Source: Eledone cirrhosa (Eukaryota). From it: a stretch of 64,000 nucleotides of DNA. The notes under the pieces are model-generated. The model was not told the DNA's origin. It ran no database searches and was given only the letters and a program-made list of their open reading frames with translations. This document shows, piece after piece, positions 1 to 18,000 of this stretch. The DNA is taken from the NCBI GenBank assembly GCA_964016885.1, contig OZ024742.1, positions 376,588,001 to 376,652,000 on the forward strand, given 5' to 3'. Each line of letters opens with the position of its first letter. Position 1 is the first letter of the stretch. The position numbers were made by a program, and so were the translations under genes.

Positions 1-3000
1 GAGAGTGTAATATAATAATACAGACAGAGTGTAATATAATAATACAGACAGAGTGTAATATAATAATACAGAGAGTGTAATATAATAAGACAGACAGAGT
101 GTAATATAATAATACAGACAGAGTGTAATATAATAATACAGACAGAGTGTAATATAATAATACAGACAGAGTGTAATATAATAATACAGAGAGTGTAATA
201 TAATAATACAGACAGAGTGTAATATATTAATACAGACAGAGTGTAATATAATAATACAGAGAGTGTAATATAATAATACAGACAGAGTGTAATATAATAA
301 TACAGACAGAGTGTAATATAATAATACAGACAGAGTGTAATATAATAATACAGAGTGTGTAATATAATAATACAGACAGAGTGTAATATAATAATACAGA
401 GAGTGTAATATAATAATACAGACAGAGTGTAATATAATAATACAGACAGAGTGTAATATAATAATACAGAGAGTGTAATATAATAAGACAGACAGAGTGT
501 AATATAATAATACAGACAGAGTGTAATATAATAATACAGACAGAGTGTAATATAATAATACAGACAGAGTGTAATATAATAATACAGAGTGTGTAATATA
601 ATAATACAGACAGAGTGTAATATAATAATACAGACAGAGTGTAATATAATAATACAGAGAGTGTAATATAATAATACAGACAGAGTGTAATATAATAATA
701 CAGACAGATTGTAATATAATAATACAGACAGATTGTAATATAATAATACAGACAGAGTGTAATATAATAATACAGACAGAGTGTAATATAATAATACAGA
801 CAGAGTGTAATATAATAATACAGACAGAGTGTAATATAATAATACAGACAGAGTGTAATATAATAATACAGACAGAGTGTAATATAATAATACAGACAGA
901 GTGTAATATAATAATACAGACAGAGTGTAATATAATAATACAGACAGAGTGTAATTTAATAATACAGAGAGTGTAATATAATAATACAGACAGAGTGTAA
1001 TATAATAATACAGACAGAGTGTAATATAATAATACAGACAGAGTGTAATATAATAATACAGACAGAGTGTAATATAATAATACAGAGAGAGAGTAATATA
1101 ATAATACAGACAGAGTGTAATATAATAATACAGAGAGAGAGTAATATAATAATACAGACAGAGTGTAATATAACAATACAGACAGAGTGTAATATAACAA
1201 TACAGACAGAGTGTAATATAATAATACAGACAGAGTGTAATATAATAATACAGAGAGAGAGTAATATAATAATACAGACAGAGTGTAATATAATAATACA
1301 GAGAGAGAGTAATATAATAATACAGACAGAGTGTAATATAATAATACAGACAGAGTGTAATATAATAATACAGAGAGAGAGTAATATAATAATACAGACA
1401 GAGTGTAATATAATAATACAGAGAGAGAGTAATATAATAATACAGACAGAGTGTAATATAATAATACAGACAGAGTGTAATATAATAATACAGAGAGAGA
1501 GTAATATAATAATACAGACAGAGTGTAATATAATAATACAGAGAGAGAGTAATATAATAATACAGACAGAGTGTAATATAATAATACAGAGAGAGAGAGT
1601 AATATAATAATACAGACAGACTGTAATATAATAATACAGACAGAGTGTAATATAACAATACAGACAGAGTGTAATATAATAATACAGACAGAGTGTAATA
1701 TAATAATACAGACAGAGTGTAATATAATAATACAGACAGAGTGTAATATAATAATACAGACAGAGTGTAATATAATAATACAGACAGAGTGTAATATATT
1801 AATACAGACAGAGTGTAATATAATAATACAGACAGAGTGTAATATAATAATACAGACAGAGTGTAATATATTAATACAGACAGAGTGTAATATAATAATA
1901 CAGACAGAGTGTAATATAATAATACAGACAGAGTGTAATATAATAATACAGACAGAGTGTAATATATTAATACAGACAGAGTGTAATATAATAATACAGA
2001 GAGTGTAATATAATAATACAGACAGAGTGTAATATATTAATACAGACAGAGTGTAATATAATAATACAGACAGAGTGTAATATAATAATACATACAGAGT
2101 GTAATATAATAATACATACAGAGTGTAATATAATAATACAGAGAGTGTAATATAATAATACAGACAGACTGTAATATAATAATACAGACAGAGTGTAATA
2201 TAATAATACATACAGAGTGTAATATAATAATACAGAGAGTGTAATATAATAATACAGACAGAGTGTAATATATTAATACAGACAGAGTGTAATATAATAA
2301 TACAGACAGAGTGTAATATATTAATACAGACAGAGTGTAATATATTAATACAGACAGAGTGTAATATAATAATACAGAGAGTCTAATATAATAATACAGA
2401 CCGACTGTAATATAATAATACAGACAGAGTGTAATATAATAATACAGATAGAGTGTAATATAATAATACAGACAAAGTGTAATATAATAATACAGACAGA
2501 GTGTAATATAATAATACAGAGAGTGTAATATAATAATACAGACAGAGTGTAATATAATAATACAGAGAGTGTAATATAATAATACAGACAGAGTGTAATA
2601 TAATAATACAGACAGAGTGTAATATAATAATACAGACAGAGTGTAACATAATGAGACAGACAAAGTGTAATATAATAATACAGACAGAGTGTAATATAAT
2701 AATACATAGAGTGTAATATAATAATACAGACAGAGTGTAATATAATAATACAGACAGAGTGTAATATAATAATACAGAGAGTGTAATATAATAATACAGA
2801 CAGAGTGTAATATAATAATACAGACAGAGTGTAATATATTAATACAGACAGAGTGTAATATAATAATACAGAGAGTGTAATATAATAATACAGACAGAGT
2901 GTAATATAATAATACAGACAGAGTGTAATATAATAATACAGACAGAGTGTAATATAATAATACAGAGAGTGTAATATAATAATACAGACAGAGTGTAATA

Positions 3001-6000
3001 TAATAATACAGACAGAGTGTAATATAATAATACAGAGAGTGTAATATAATAAGACAGACAGAGTGTAATATAATAATACAGACAGAGTGTAATATAATAA
3101 TACAGACAGAGTGTAATATAATAATACAGACAGAGTGTAATATAATAATACAGAGAGTGTAATATAATAATACAGACAGAGTGTAATATAATAATACAGA
3201 CAGAGTGTAATATAATAATACAGACAGAGTGTAATATATTAATACAGACAGAGTGTAATATATTAATACAGACAGAGTGCAATATAATAATACAGAGAGT
3301 GTAATATAATAATACAGACAGAGTGTAATATAATAATACAGACAGAGTGTAATATAATAATACAGACAGAGTGTAATATAATAATACAGACAGAGTGTAA
3401 TATAATAATACAGACAGAGTGTAATATAATAATACAGAGTGTGTAATATAATAATACAGACAGAGTGTAATATAATAATACAGAGAGTGTAATATAATAA
3501 TACAGACAGAGTGTAATATAATAATACAGACAGAGTGTAATATAATAATACAGACAGAGTGTAATATAAAAATACAGACAGAGTGTAATATAATAATACA
3601 GACAGAGTGTAATATAATAATGCAGACAGAGTGTAATATAATAATACAGACAGAGTGTAATATAATAATACAGAGTGTGTAATATAATAAAACAGACAGA
3701 TTGTAATATAATAATACAGACAGAGTGTAATATAATAATACAGACAGACTGTAATATAATAATACAGATAGAGTGTAATATAATAAAACAGATAGAGTGT
3801 AATATAATAATACAGACAAAGTGTAATATAATAATACAGACAGAGTGTAATATAATAATACAGAGAGTGTAATATAATAATACAGACAGAGTGTAATATA
3901 ATAATACAGACAGAGTGTAATATAATAATACAGAGAGTGTAATATAATAATACAGACAGAGTGTAATATAATAATACAGACAGAGTGTAATATAATAATA
4001 CAGACAGAGTGTAATATAATAAGACAGACAAAGTGTAATATAATAATACAGACAGAGTGTAATATAATAAGACAGACAAAGTGTAATATAATAATACAGA
4101 CAGAGTGTAATATAATAATACATAGAGTGTAATAATACAGACAGAGTGTAATATAATAATACAGACAGAGTGTAATATATTAATACAGACAGAGTGTAAT
4201 ATAATAATACAGAGAGTGTAATATAATAATACAGACAGAGTGTAATATATTAATACAGACAGAGTGTAATATAATAATACAGAGAGTGTAATATAATAAT
4301 ACAGACAGAGTGTAATATAATAATACAGACAGAGTGTAATATAATAATACAGAGAGTGTAATATAATAATACAGACAGAGTGTAATATAATAATACAGAC
4401 AGAGTGTAATATAATAATACAGAGAGTGTAATATAATAATACAGACAGATTGTAATATAATAATACAGACAGAGTGTAATATAATAATGCAGACAGAGTG
4501 TAATATAATAATACAGACAGTGTGTAATATAATAATACAGAGTGTGTAATATAATAATACAGACAGAGTGTAATATAATAATACAGACAGTGTGTAATAT
4601 AATAATACAGAGAGTGTAATATAATAATACATAGAGTGTAATATAATAATACAGACAGAGTGTAATATAATAATACAGACAGAGTGTAATATAATAATAC
4701 AGAGAGTGTAATATAATAATACAGACAGATTGTAATATAATAATACAGACAGAGTGTAATATAATAATACAGATTGTGTAATATAATAATACAGACAGAG
4801 TGTAATATAATAATACAGAGTGTGTAATATAATAATACAGACAGAGTGTAATATAATAATACAGACAGAGTGTAATATAATAATACAGAGAGTGTAATAT
4901 AATAATACAGACAGAGTGTAATATAATAATACAGACAGATTGTAATATAATAATACAGACAGAGTGTAATATAATAATACAGACAGAGTGTAATATAATA
5001 ATACAGACAGAGTGTAATATAATAATACAGACAGAGTGTAATATAATAATACAGACAGAGTGTAATATAATAATACAGACAGAGTGTAATATAATAATAC
5101 AGACAGAGTGTAATATAATAATACAGACAGAGTGTAATATAATAATACAGACAGAGTGTAATTTAATAATACAGAGAGTGTAATATAATAATACAGACAG
5201 AGTGTAATATAATAATACAGACAGAGTGTAATATAATAATACAGACAGAGTGTAATATAATAATACAGACAGAGTGTAATATAATAATACAGAGAGAGAG
5301 TAATATAATAATACAGACAGAGTGTAATATAATAATACAGAGAGAGAGTAATATAATAATACAGACAGAGTGTAATATAACAATACAGACAGAGTGTAAT
5401 ATAACAATACAGACAGAGTGTAATATAATAATACAGACAGAGTGTAATATAATAATACAGAGAGAGAGTAATATAATAATACAGACAGAGTGTAATATAA
5501 TAATACAGAGAGAGAGTAATATAATAATACAGACAGAGTGTAATATAATAATACAGACAGAGTGTAATATAATAATACAGAGAGAGAGTAATATAATAAT
5601 ACAGACAGAGTGTAATATAATAATACAGAGAGAGAGTAATATAATAATACAGACAGAGTGTAATATAATAATACAGAGAGTGTAATATAATAATACAGAC
5701 AGAGTGTAATATAATAATACAGACAGATTGTAATATAATAATACAGACAGATTGTAATATAATAATACAGACAGAGTGTAATATAATAATACAGACAGAG
5801 TGTAATATAATAATACAGACAGAGTGTAATATAATAATACAGACAGAGTGTAATATAATAATACAGACAGAGTGTAATATAACAATACAGACAGAGTGTA
5901 ATATAATAATACAGACAGAGTGTAATATAATAATACAGAGAGAGAGTAATATAATAATACAGACAGAGTGTAATATAATAATACAGAGAGAGAGTAATAT

Positions 6001-9000
6001 AATAATACAGACAGAGTGTAATATAATAATACAGACAGAGTGTAATATAATAATACAGAGAGAGAGTAATATAATAATACAGACAGAGTGTAATATAATA
6101 ATACAGAGAGAGAGTAATATAATAATACAGACAGAGTGTAATATAATAATACAGACAGAGTGTAATATAATAATACAGAGAGAGAGTAATATAATAATAC
6201 AGACAGAGTGTAATATAATAATACAGAGAGAGAGTAATATAATAATACAGGCAGAGTGTAATATAATAATACAGAGAGAGAGAGTAATATAATAATACAG
6301 ACAGACTGTAATATAATAATACAGACAGAGTGTAATATAACAATACAGACAGAGTGTAATATAATAATACAGACAGAGTGTAATATAATAATACAGACAG
6401 AGTGTAATATAATAATACAGACAGAGTGTAATATAATAATACAGACAGAGTGTAATATAATAATACAGACAGAGTGTAATATATTAATACAGACAGAGTG
6501 TAATATAATAATACAGACAGAGTGTAATATAATAATACAGACAGAGTGTAATATATTAATACAGACAGAGTGTAATATAATAATACAGACAGAGTGTAAT
6601 ATAATAATACAGACAGAGTGTAATATAATAATACAGACAGAGTGTAATATATTAATACAGACAGAGTGTAATATAATAATACAGAGAGTGTAATATAATA
6701 ATACAGACAGAGTGTAATATATTAATACAGACAGAGTGTAATATAATAATACAGACAGAGTGTAATATAATAATACATACAGAGTGTAATATAATAATAC
6801 ATACAGAGTGTAATATAATAATACAGAGAGTGTAATATAATAATACAGACAGACTGTAATATAATAATACAGACAGAGTGTAATATAATAATACATACAG
6901 AGTGTAATATAATAATACAGAGAGTGTAATATAATAATACAGACAGAGTGTAATATATTAATACAGACAGAGTGTAATATAATAATACAGACAGAGTGTA
7001 ATATATTAATACAGACAGAGTGTAATATATTAATACAGACAGAGTGTAATATAATAATACAGAGAGTCTAATATAATAATACAGACCGACTGTAATATAA
7101 TAATACAGACAGAGTGTAATATAATAATACAGATAGAGTGTAATATAATAATACAGACAAAGTGTAATATAATAATACAGACAGAGTGTAATATAATAAT
7201 ACAGAGAGTGTAATATAATAATACAGACAGAGTGTAATATAATAATACAGAGAGTGTAATATAATAATACAGACAGAGTGTAATATAATAATACAGACAG
7301 AGTGTAATATAATAATACAGACAGAGTGTAACATAATGAGACAGACAAAGTGTAATATAATAATACAGACAGAGTGTAATATAATAATACATAGAGTGTA
7401 ATATAATAATACAGACAGAGTGTAATATAATAATACAGACAGAGTGTAATATAATAATACAGAGAGTGTAATATAATAATACAGACAGAGTGTAATATAA
7501 TAATACAGACAGAGTGTAATATATTAATACAGACAGAGTGTAATATAATAATACAGAGAGTGTAATATAATAATACAGACAGAGTGTAATATAATAATAC
7601 AGACAGAGTGTAATATAATAATACAGACAGAGTGTAATATAATAATACAGAGAGTGTAATATAATAATACAGACAGAGTGTAATATAATAATACAGACAG
7701 AGTGTAATATAATAATACAGAGAGTGTAATATAATAAGACAGACAGAGTGTAATATAATAATACAGACAGAGTGTAATATAATAATACAGACAGAGTGTA
7801 ATATAATAATACAGACAGAGTGTAATATAATAATACAGAGAGTGTAATATAATAATACAGACAGAGTGTAATATAATAATACAGACAGAGTGTAATATAA
7901 TAATACAGACAGAGTGTAATATATTAATACAGACAGAGTGTAATATATTAATACAGACAGAGTGCAATATAATAATACAGAGAGTGTAATATAATAATAC
8001 AGACAGAGTGTAATATAATAATACAGACAGAGTGTAATATAATAATACAGACAGAGTGTAATATAATAATACAGACAGAGTGTAATATAATAATACAGAC
8101 AGAGTGTAATATAATAATACAGAGTGTGTAATATAATAATACAGACAGAGTGTAATATAATAATACAGAGAGTGTAATATAATAATACAGACAGAGTGTA
8201 ATATAATAATACAGACAGAGTGTAATATAATAATACAGACAGAGTGTAATATAAAAATACAGACAGAGTGTAATATAATAATACAGACAGAGTGTAATAT
8301 AATAATGCAGACAGAGTGTAATATAATAATACAGACAGAGTGTAATATAATAATACAGAGTGTGTAATATAATAAAACAGACAGATTGTAATATAATAAT
8401 ACAGACAGAGTGTAATATAATAATACAGACAGACTGTAATATAATAATACAGATAGAGTGTAATATAATAAAACAGATAGAGTGTAATATAATAATACAG
8501 ACAAAGTGTAATATAATAATACAGACAGAGTGTAATATAATAATACAGAGAGTGTAATATAATAATACAGACAGAGTGTAATATAATAATACAGACAGAG
8601 TGTAATATAATAATACAGAGAGTGTAATATAATAATACAGACAGAGTGTAATATAATAATACAGACAGAGTGTAATATAATAATACAGACAGAGTGTAAT
8701 ATAATAAGACAGACAAAGTGTAATATAATAATACAGACAGAGTGTAATATAATAAGACAGACAAAGTGTAATATAATAATACAGACAGAGTGTAATATAA
8801 TAATACATAGAGTGTAATAATACAGACAGAGTGTAATATAATAATACAGACAGAGTGTAATATATTAATACAGACAGAGTGTAATATAATAATACAGAGA
8901 GTGTAATATAATAATACAGACAGAGTGTAATATATTAATACAGACAGAGTGTAATATAATAATACAGAGAGTGTAATATAATAATACAGACAGAGTGTAA

Positions 9001-12000
9001 TATAATAATACAGACAGAGTGTAATATAATAATACAGAGAGTGTAATATAATAATACAGACAGAGTGTAATATAATAATACAGACAGAGTGTAATATAAT
9101 AATACAGAGAGTGTAATATAATAATACAGACAGATTGTAATATAATAATACAGACAGAGTGTAATATAATAATGCAGACAGAGTGTAATATAATAATACA
9201 GACAGTGTGTAATATAATAATACAGAGTGTGTAATATAATAATACAGACAGAGTGTAATATAATAATACAGACAGTGTGTAATATAATAATACAGAGAGT
9301 GTAATATAATAATACATAGAGTGTAATATAATAATACAGACAGAGTGTAATATAATAATACAGACAGAGTGTAATATAATAATACAGAGAGTGTAATATA
9401 ATAATACAGACAGATTGTAATATAATAATACAGACAGAGTGTAATATAATAATACAGATTGTGTAATATAATAATACAGACAGAGTGTAATATAATAATA
9501 CAGAGTGTGTAATATAATAATACAGACAGAGTGTAATATAATAATACAGACAGAGTGTAATATAATAATACAGAGAGTGTAATATAATAATACAGACAGA
9601 GTGTAATATAATAATACAGACAGATTGTAATATAATAATACAGACAGAGTGTAATATAATAATACAGACAGAGTGTAATATAATAATACAGACAGAGTGT
9701 AATATAATAATACAGACAGAGTGTAATATAATAATACAGACAGAGTGTAATATAATAATACAGACAGAGTGTAATATAATAATACAGACAGAGTGTAATA
9801 TAATAATACAGACAGAGTGTAATATAATAATACAGACAGAGTGTAATTTAATAATACAGAGAGTGTAATATAATAATACAGACAGAGTGTAATATAATAA
9901 TACAGACAGAGTGTAATATAATAATACAGACAGAGTGTAATATAATAATACAGACAGAGTGTAATATAATAATACAGAGAGAGAGTAATATAATAATACA
10001 GACAGAGTGTAATATAATAATACAGAGAGAGAGTAATATAATAATACAGACAGAGTGTAATATAACAATACAGACAGAGTGTAATATAACAATACAGACA
10101 GAGTGTAATATAATAATACAGACAGAGTGTAATATAATAATACAGAGAGAGAGTAATATAATAATACAGACAGAGTGTAATATAATAATACAGAGAGAGA
10201 GTAATATAATAATACAGACAGAGTGTAATATAATAATACAGACAGAGTGTAATATAATAATACAGAGAGAGAGTAATATAATAATACAGACAGAGTGTAA
10301 TATAATAATACAGAGAGAGAGTAATATAATAATACAGACAGAGTGTAATATAATAATACAGACAGAGTGTAATATAATAATACAGAGAGAGAGTAATATA
10401 ATAATACAGACAGAGTGTAATATAATAATACAGAGAGAGAGTAATATAATAATACAGACAGAGTGTAATATAATAATACAGAGAGAGAGAGTAATATAAT
10501 AATACAGACAGACTGTAATATAATAATACAGACAGAGTGTAATATAACAATACAATATAACAATACAGACAGAGTGTAATATAATAATACAGACAGAGTG
10601 TAATATAATAATACAGAGAGAGAGTAATATAATAATACAGACAGAGTGTAATATAATAATACAGAGAGAGAGTAATATAATAATACAGACAGAGTGTAAT
10701 ATAATAATACAGACAGAGTGTAATATAATAATACAGAGAGAGAGTAATATAATAATACAGACAGAGTGTAATATAATAATACAGAGAGAGAGTAATATAA
10801 TAATACAGACAGAGTGTAATATAATAATACAGACAGAGTGTAATATAATAATACAGAGAGAGAGTAATATAATAATACAGACAGAGTGTAATATAATAAT
10901 ACAGAGAGAGAGTAATATAATAATACAGACAGAGTGTAATATAATAATACAGAGAGAGAGAGTAATATAATAATACAGACAGAGTGTAATATAATAATAC
11001 AGACAGAGTGTAATATAACAATACAGACAGAGTGTAATATAATAATACAGACAGAGTGTAATATAATAATACAGACAGAGTGTAATATAATAATACAGAC
11101 AGAGTGTAATATAATAATACAGACAGAGTGTAATATAATAATACAGACAGAGTGTAATATAATAATACAGACAGAGTGTAATATAATAATACAGACAGAG
11201 TGTAATATAATAATACAGACAGAGTGTAATATAATAATACAGACAGAGTGTAATATAATAATACAGACAGAGTGTAATATAATAATACAGACAGAGTGTA
11301 ATATAATAATACAGACAGAGTGTAATATAATAATACAGACAGAGTGTAATATAATAATACAGAGAGTGTAATATAATAATACAGACAGAGTGTAATATAT
11401 TAATACAGACAGAGTGTAATATAATAATACAGACAGAGTGTAATATAATAATACAGACAGAGTGTAATATAATAATACAGACAGAGTGTAATATAATAAT
11501 ACAGAAGAGTGTAATATAATAATACAGACAGAGGTGTAATATAATAATACAGACAGAGTGTAATATAATAATACAGACAGAGTGTAATATAATAATACAG
11601 AGAGTGTAATATAATAATACAGACAGAGTGTAATATATTAATACAGACAGAGTGTAATATAATAATACAGACAGAGTGTAATATATTAATACAGACAGAG
11701 TGTAATATATTAATACAGACAGAGTGTAATATAATAATACAGAGAGTCTAATATAATAATACAGACAGAGTGTAATATAATAATACAGACCGACTGTAAT
11801 ATAATAATACAGACAGAGTGTAATATAATAATACAGATAGAGTGTAATATAATAATACAGACAGAGTGTAATATAATAATACAGAGAGTGTAATATAATA
11901 AAACAGACAGAGTGTAATATAATAATACAGAGAGTGTAATATAATAATACAGACAGAGTGTAATATAATAATACAGACAGAGTGTAATATAATAATACAG

Positions 12001-15000
12001 ACAGAGTGTAACATAATGAGACAGACAAAGTGTAATATAATAATACAGACAGAGTGTAATATAATAATACAGACAGAGTGTAATATAATAATACAGAGAG
12101 TGTAATATAATAATACAGACAGAGTGTAATATAATAATACAGACAGAGTGTAATATATTAATACAGACAGAGTGTAATATAATAATACAGAGAGTGTAAT
12201 ATAATAATACAGACAGAGTGTAATATAATAATACAGACCGACTGTAATATAATAATACAGACAGAGTGTAATATAATAATACAGATAGAGTGTAATATAA
12301 TAATACAGACAGAGTGTAATATAATAATACAGAGAGTGTAATATAATAATACAGACAGAGTGTAATATAATAATACAGACAGAGTGTAATATAATAATAC
12401 AGACAGAGTGTAACATAATGAGACAGACAAAGTGTAATATAATAATACAGACAGAGTGTAATATAATAATACATAGAGTGTAATATAATAATACAGACAG
12501 AGTGTAATATAATAATACAGACAGAGTGTAATATAATAATACAGAGAGTGTAATATAATAATACAGACAGAGTGTAATATAATAATACAGACAGAGTGTA
12601 ATATATTAATACAGACAGAGTGTAATATAATAATACAGAGAGTGTAATATAATAATACAGACAGAGTGTAATATAATAATACAGACAGAGTGTAATATAA
12701 TAATACAGACAGAGTGTAATATAATAATACAGAGAGTGTAATATAATAATACAGACAGAGTGTAATATAATAATACAGACAGAGTGTAATATAATAATAC
12801 AGAGAGTGTAATATAATAAGACAGACAGAGTGTAATATAATAATACAGACAGAGTGTAATATAATAATACAGACAGAGTGTAATATAATAATACAGACAG
12901 AGTGTAATATAATAATACAGAGAGTGTAATATAATAATACAGACAGAGTGTAATATATTAATACAGACAGAGTGTAATGTAATAATACAGAGAGTGTAAT
13001 ATAATAATACAGACAGAGTGTAATATAATAATACAGACAGAGTGTAATATAATAATACAGACAGAGTGTAATATAATAATACAGACAGAGTGTAATATAA
13101 TAATACAGACAGAGTGTAATATAATAATACAGAGTGTGTAATATAATAATACAGACAGAGTGTAATATAATAATACAGAGAGTGTAATATAATAATACAG
13201 ACAGAGTGTAATATAATAATACAGACAGAGTGTAATATAATAATACAGACAGAGTGTAATATAAAAATACAGACAGAGTGTAATATAATAATACAGACAG
13301 AGTGTAATATAATAATGCAGACAGAGTGTAATATAATAATACAGACAGAGTGTAATATAATAATACAGAGTGTGTAATATAATAAAACAGACAGATTGTA
13401 ATATAATAATACAGACAGAGTGTAATATAATAATACAGACAGACTGTAATATAATAATACAGATAGAGTGTAATATAATAAAACAGATAGAGTGTAATAT
13501 AATAATACAGACAAAGTGTAATATAATAATACAGACAGAGTGTAATATAATAATACAGAGAGTGTAATATAATAATACAGACAGAGTGTAATATAATAAT
13601 ACAGACAGAGTGTAATATAATAATACACAGAGTGTAATATAATAATACAGACAGAGTGTAATATAATAATGCAGACAGAGTGTAATATAATAATACAGAC
13701 AGTGTGTAATATAATAATACAGAGTGTGTAATATAATAATACAGACAGAGTGTAATATAATAATACAGACAGTGTGTAATATAATAATACAGAGAGTGTA
13801 ATATAATAATACATAGAGTGTAATATAATAATACAGACAGAGTGTAATATAATAATACAGACAGAGTGTAATATAATAATACAGAGAGTGTAATATAATA
13901 ATACAGACAGATTGTAATATAATAATACAGACAGAGTGTAATATAATAATACAGAGTGTGTAATATAATAATACAGACAGAGTGTAATATAATAATACAG
14001 AGAGTGTAATATAATAATACAGACAGATTGTAATATAATAATACAGACAGAGTGTAATATAAAAATACAGAGTGTGTAATATAATAATACAGACAGAGTG
14101 TAATATAATAATACAGAGAGTGTAATATAATAATACAGACAGAGTGTAATATAATAATACAGACAGATTGTAATATAATAATACAGACAGAGTGTAATAT
14201 AATAATACAGACAGAGTGTAATATAATAATACAGACAGAGTGTAATATAATAATACAGAGAGTGTAATATAATAATACAGACAGAGTGTAATATAATAAT
14301 ACAGACAGATTGTAATATAATAATACAGACAGAGTGTAATATAATAATACAGACAGAGTGTAATATAATAATACAGATAGAGTGTAATATAATAATACAG
14401 ACAGAGTGTAATATAATAATACAGAGAGTGTAATATAATAATACAGACAGAGTGTAATATAATAATACAGACAGAGTGTAATATAATAATACAGAGAGTG
14501 TAATATAATAATACAGACAGAGTGTAATATAATAATACAGAGAGAGAGTAATATAATAATACAGACAGAGTGTAATATAATAATACAGAGAGAGAGTAAT
14601 ATAATAATACAGACAGAGTGTAATATAATAATACAGACAGAGTGTAATATAATAATACAGAGAGAGAGTAATATAATAATACAGACAGAGTGTAATATAA
14701 TAATACAGAGAGAGAGTAATATAATAATACAGACAGAGTGTAATATAATAATACAGAGAGAGAGTAATATAATAATACAGACAGAGTGTAATATAATAAT
14801 ACAGACAGAGTGTAATATAATAATACAGAGAGAGAGTAATATAATAATACAGACAGAGTGTAATATAATAATACAGAGAGAGAGTAATATAATAATACAG
14901 ACAGAGTGTAATATAATAATACAGACAGAGTGTAATATAATAATACAGAGAGAGAGTAATATAATAATACAGACAGAGTGTAATATAATAATACAGAGAG

Positions 15001-18000
15001 AGAGTAATATAATAATACAGACAGAGTGTAATATAATAATACAGAGAGAGAGAGTAATATAATAATACAGACAGACTGTAATATAATAATACAGACAGAG
15101 TGTAATATAACAATACAGACAGAGTGTAATATAATAATACAGACAGAGTGTAATATAATAATACAGACAGAGTGTAATATAATAATACAGACAGAGTGTA
15201 ATATAATAATACAGACAGAGTGTAATATAATAATACAGACAGAGTGTAATATATTAATACAGACAGAGTGTAATATAATAATACAGACAGAGTGTAATAT
15301 AATAATACAGACAGAGTGTAATATATTAATACAGACAGAGTGTAATATAATAATACAGACAGAGTGTAATATAATAATACAGACAGAGTGTAATATAATA
15401 ATACAGACAGAGTGTAATATATTAATACAGACAGAGTGTAATATAATAATACAGAGAGTGTAATATAATAATACAGACAGAGTGTAATATATTAATACAG
15501 ACAGAGTGTAATATAATAATACAGACAGAGTGTAATATAATAATACATACAGAGTGTAATATAATAATACATACAGAGTGTAATATAATAATACAGAGAG
15601 TGTAATATAATAATACAGACAGACTGTAATATAATAATACAGACAGAGTGTAATATAATAATACATACAGAGTGTAATATAATAATACAGAGAGTGTAAT
15701 ATAATAATACAGACAGAGTGTAATATATTAATACAGACAGAGTGTAATATAATAATACAGACAGAGTGTAATATATTAATACAGACAGAGTGTAATATAT
15801 TAATACAGACAGAGTGTAATATAATAATACAGAGAGTCTAATATAATAATACAGACAGAGTGTAATATAATAATACAGACCGACTGTAATATAATAATAC
15901 AGACAGAGTGTAATATAATAATACAGATAGAGTGTAATATAATAATACAGACAGAGTGTAATATAATAATACAGAGAGTGTAATATAATAATACAGACAG
16001 AGTGTAATATAATAATACAGAGAGTGTAATATAATAATACAGACAGAGTGTAATATAATAATACAGACAGAGTGTAATATAATAATACAGACAGAGTGTA
16101 ACATAATGAGACAGACAAAGTGTAATATAATAATACAGACAGAGTGTAATATAATAATACATAGAGTGTAATATAATAATACAGACAGAGTGTAATATAA
16201 TAATACAGACAGAGTGTAATATAATAATACAGAGAGTGTAATATAATAATACAGACAGAGTGTAATATAATAATACAGACAGAGTGTAATATATTAATAC
16301 AGACAGAGTGTAATATAATAATACAGAGAGTGTAATATAATAATACAGACAGAGTGTAATATAATAATACAGACCGACTGTAATATAATAATACAGACAG
16401 AGTGTAATATAATAATACAGATAGAGTGTAATATAATAATACAGACAGAGTGTAATATAATAATACAGAGAGTGTAATATAATAATACAGACAGAGTGTA
16501 ATATAATAATACAGACAGAGTGTAATATAATAATACAGACAGAGTGTAACATAATGAGACAGACAAAGTGTAATATAATAATACAGACAGAGTGTAATAT
16601 AATAATACATAGAGTGTAATATAATAATACAGACAGAGTGTAATATAATAATACAGACAGAGTGTAATATAATAATACAGAGAGTGTAATATAATAATAC
16701 AGACAGAGTGTAATATAATAATACAGACAGAGTGTAATATATTAATACAGACAGAGTGTAATATAATAATACAGAGAGTGTAATATAATAATACAGACAG
16801 AGTGTAATATAATAATACAGACAGAGTGTAATATAATAATACAGACAGAGTGTAATATAATAATACAGAGAGTGTAATATAATAATACAGACAGAGTGTA
16901 ATATAATAATACAGACAGAGTGTAATATAATAATACAGAGAGTGTAATATAATAAGACAGACAGAGTGTAATATAATAATACAGACAGAGTGTAATATAA
17001 TAATACAGACAGAGTGTAATATAATAATACAGACAGAGTGTAATATAATAATACAGAGAGTGTAATATAATAATACAGACAGAGTGTAATATATTAATAC
17101 AGACAGAGTGTAATGTAATAATACAGAGAGTGTAATATAATAATACAGACAGAGTGTAATATAATAATACAGACAGAGTGTAATATAATAATACAGACAG
17201 AGTGTAATATAATAATACAGACAGAGTGTAATATAATAATACAGACAGAGTGTAATATAATAATACAGAGTGTGTAATATAATAATACAGACAGAGTGTA
17301 ATATAATAATACAGAGAGTGTAATATAATAATACAGACAGAGTGTAATATAATAATACAGACAGAGTGTAATATAATAATACAGACAGAGTGTAATATAA
17401 AAATACAGACAGAGTGTAATATAATAATACAGACAGAGTGTAATATAATAATGCAGACAGAGTGTAATATAATAATACAGACAGAGTGTAATATAATAAT
17501 ACAGAGTGTGTAATATAATAAAACAGACAGATTGTAATATAATAATACAGACAGAGTGTAATATAATAATACAGACAGACTGTAATATAATAATACAGAT
17601 AGAGTGTAATATAATAAAACAGATAGAGTGTAATATAATAATACAGACAAAGTGTAATATAATAATACAGACAGAGTGTAATATAATAATACAGAGAGTG
17701 TAATATAATAATACAGACAGAGTGTAATATAATAATACAGACAGAGTGTAATATAATAATACACAGAGTGTAATATAATAATACAGACAGAGTGTAATAT
17801 AATAATGCAGACAGAGTGTAATATAATAATACAGACAGTGTGTAATATAATAATACAGAGTGTGTAATATAATAATACAGACAGAGTGTAATATAATAAT
17901 ACAGACAGTGTGTAATATAATAATACAGAGAGTGTAATATAATAATACATAGAGTGTAATATAATAATACAGACAGAGTGTAATATAATAATACAGACAG